Positions 51,954 to 52,318 of a stretch of 52,318 nucleotides of DNA are shown piece after piece. Source of the DNA: Octopus sinensis (taxonomy: Eukaryota); the NCBI RefSeq assembly GCF_006345805.1, contig NW_021834255.1, forward strand, positions 1-52,318, written 5' to 3'. A program made the position numbers and the translations under genes. The first letter of the stretch is position 1. Each line of letters opens with the position of its first letter. The notes under the pieces are model-generated. The model did not search any database. It was given only the letters and a program-made list of their open reading frames with translations, and was not told the origin of the DNA.

Positions 51954-52318
51954 CAGGCGTGGCTGTGTGATAAGAAGTTAGCTTCACATGCACATGGTTC
52001 TGAGTTCAATACCACTGTGTCGCATCTTGGGCAAATGTCTTCTACTATAACCCCGGGTGGACTAAGGACTTATGAACAGATTTAGTAGACCAAAACTGGA
52101 AAAAGCCTGTTGTATGTGTGTGCATTTGTGTGAATGTGTCTTTGTTTGCTCACACCACCGCTTGGCAACCGGTGTTGGGGTGCTTACGTTCGCCAAAAGG
52201 GAATGATTGAAAAATTACCAGGCTTTATAAGAAAAGTACGGGGATAGGTTCTTTCGACTAAAATTTTTCAATGTGGTGCTCCAGCATGGCCGTAGTCTAA
52301 TAACTGAAACAAGTAAAA
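51954..52318 (+). mobile_element. SINE family B, diverged, runs to the window end
   Basis: GGCGTGGCTGTGTG...CTTGGGCAAATGTCTTC...ACTGAAACAAGTAAAA. Confidence 0.85.

Overview
AT-rich eukaryotic non-coding DNA, most likely from an octopod (coleoid cephalopod) genome. This is inferred from the very high microsatellite load and the tRNA-derived SINE families, which resemble those known from Octopus. No host protein-coding gene can be identified with confidence: nearly all ORFs in the supplied track are translations of (TA)n, (CA)n, (GATA)n, (TATG)n, (AAT)n or (GAT)n tracts. The remaining readable ORFs are decayed transposon fragments: RTE/BovB-like, CR1-like and Penelope-like retroelements, and Tc1/mariner transposases. 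The window holds more than 30 SINE copies of four types (A-D, my labels), two non-autonomous Helitrons, several MITE/fold-back elements, and four copies of a mariner derivative built from two 5' ends. The most interesting signals are: (1) minimal hammerhead-ribozyme motifs in Penelope-like repeats; (2) a recursive-splice-site / RS-exon architecture at 44.7 kb; (3) a SINE tail that matches a LINE-like 3' end in the same window; (4) tail swapping and multimerisation of SINEs; (5) a perfect 96-bp inverted-repeat element with TTAA flanks; (6) closely spaced inverted SINE pairs that could form long dsRNA. All family names come from manual motif recognition, not database searches, and boundaries of degenerate repeats are approximate.
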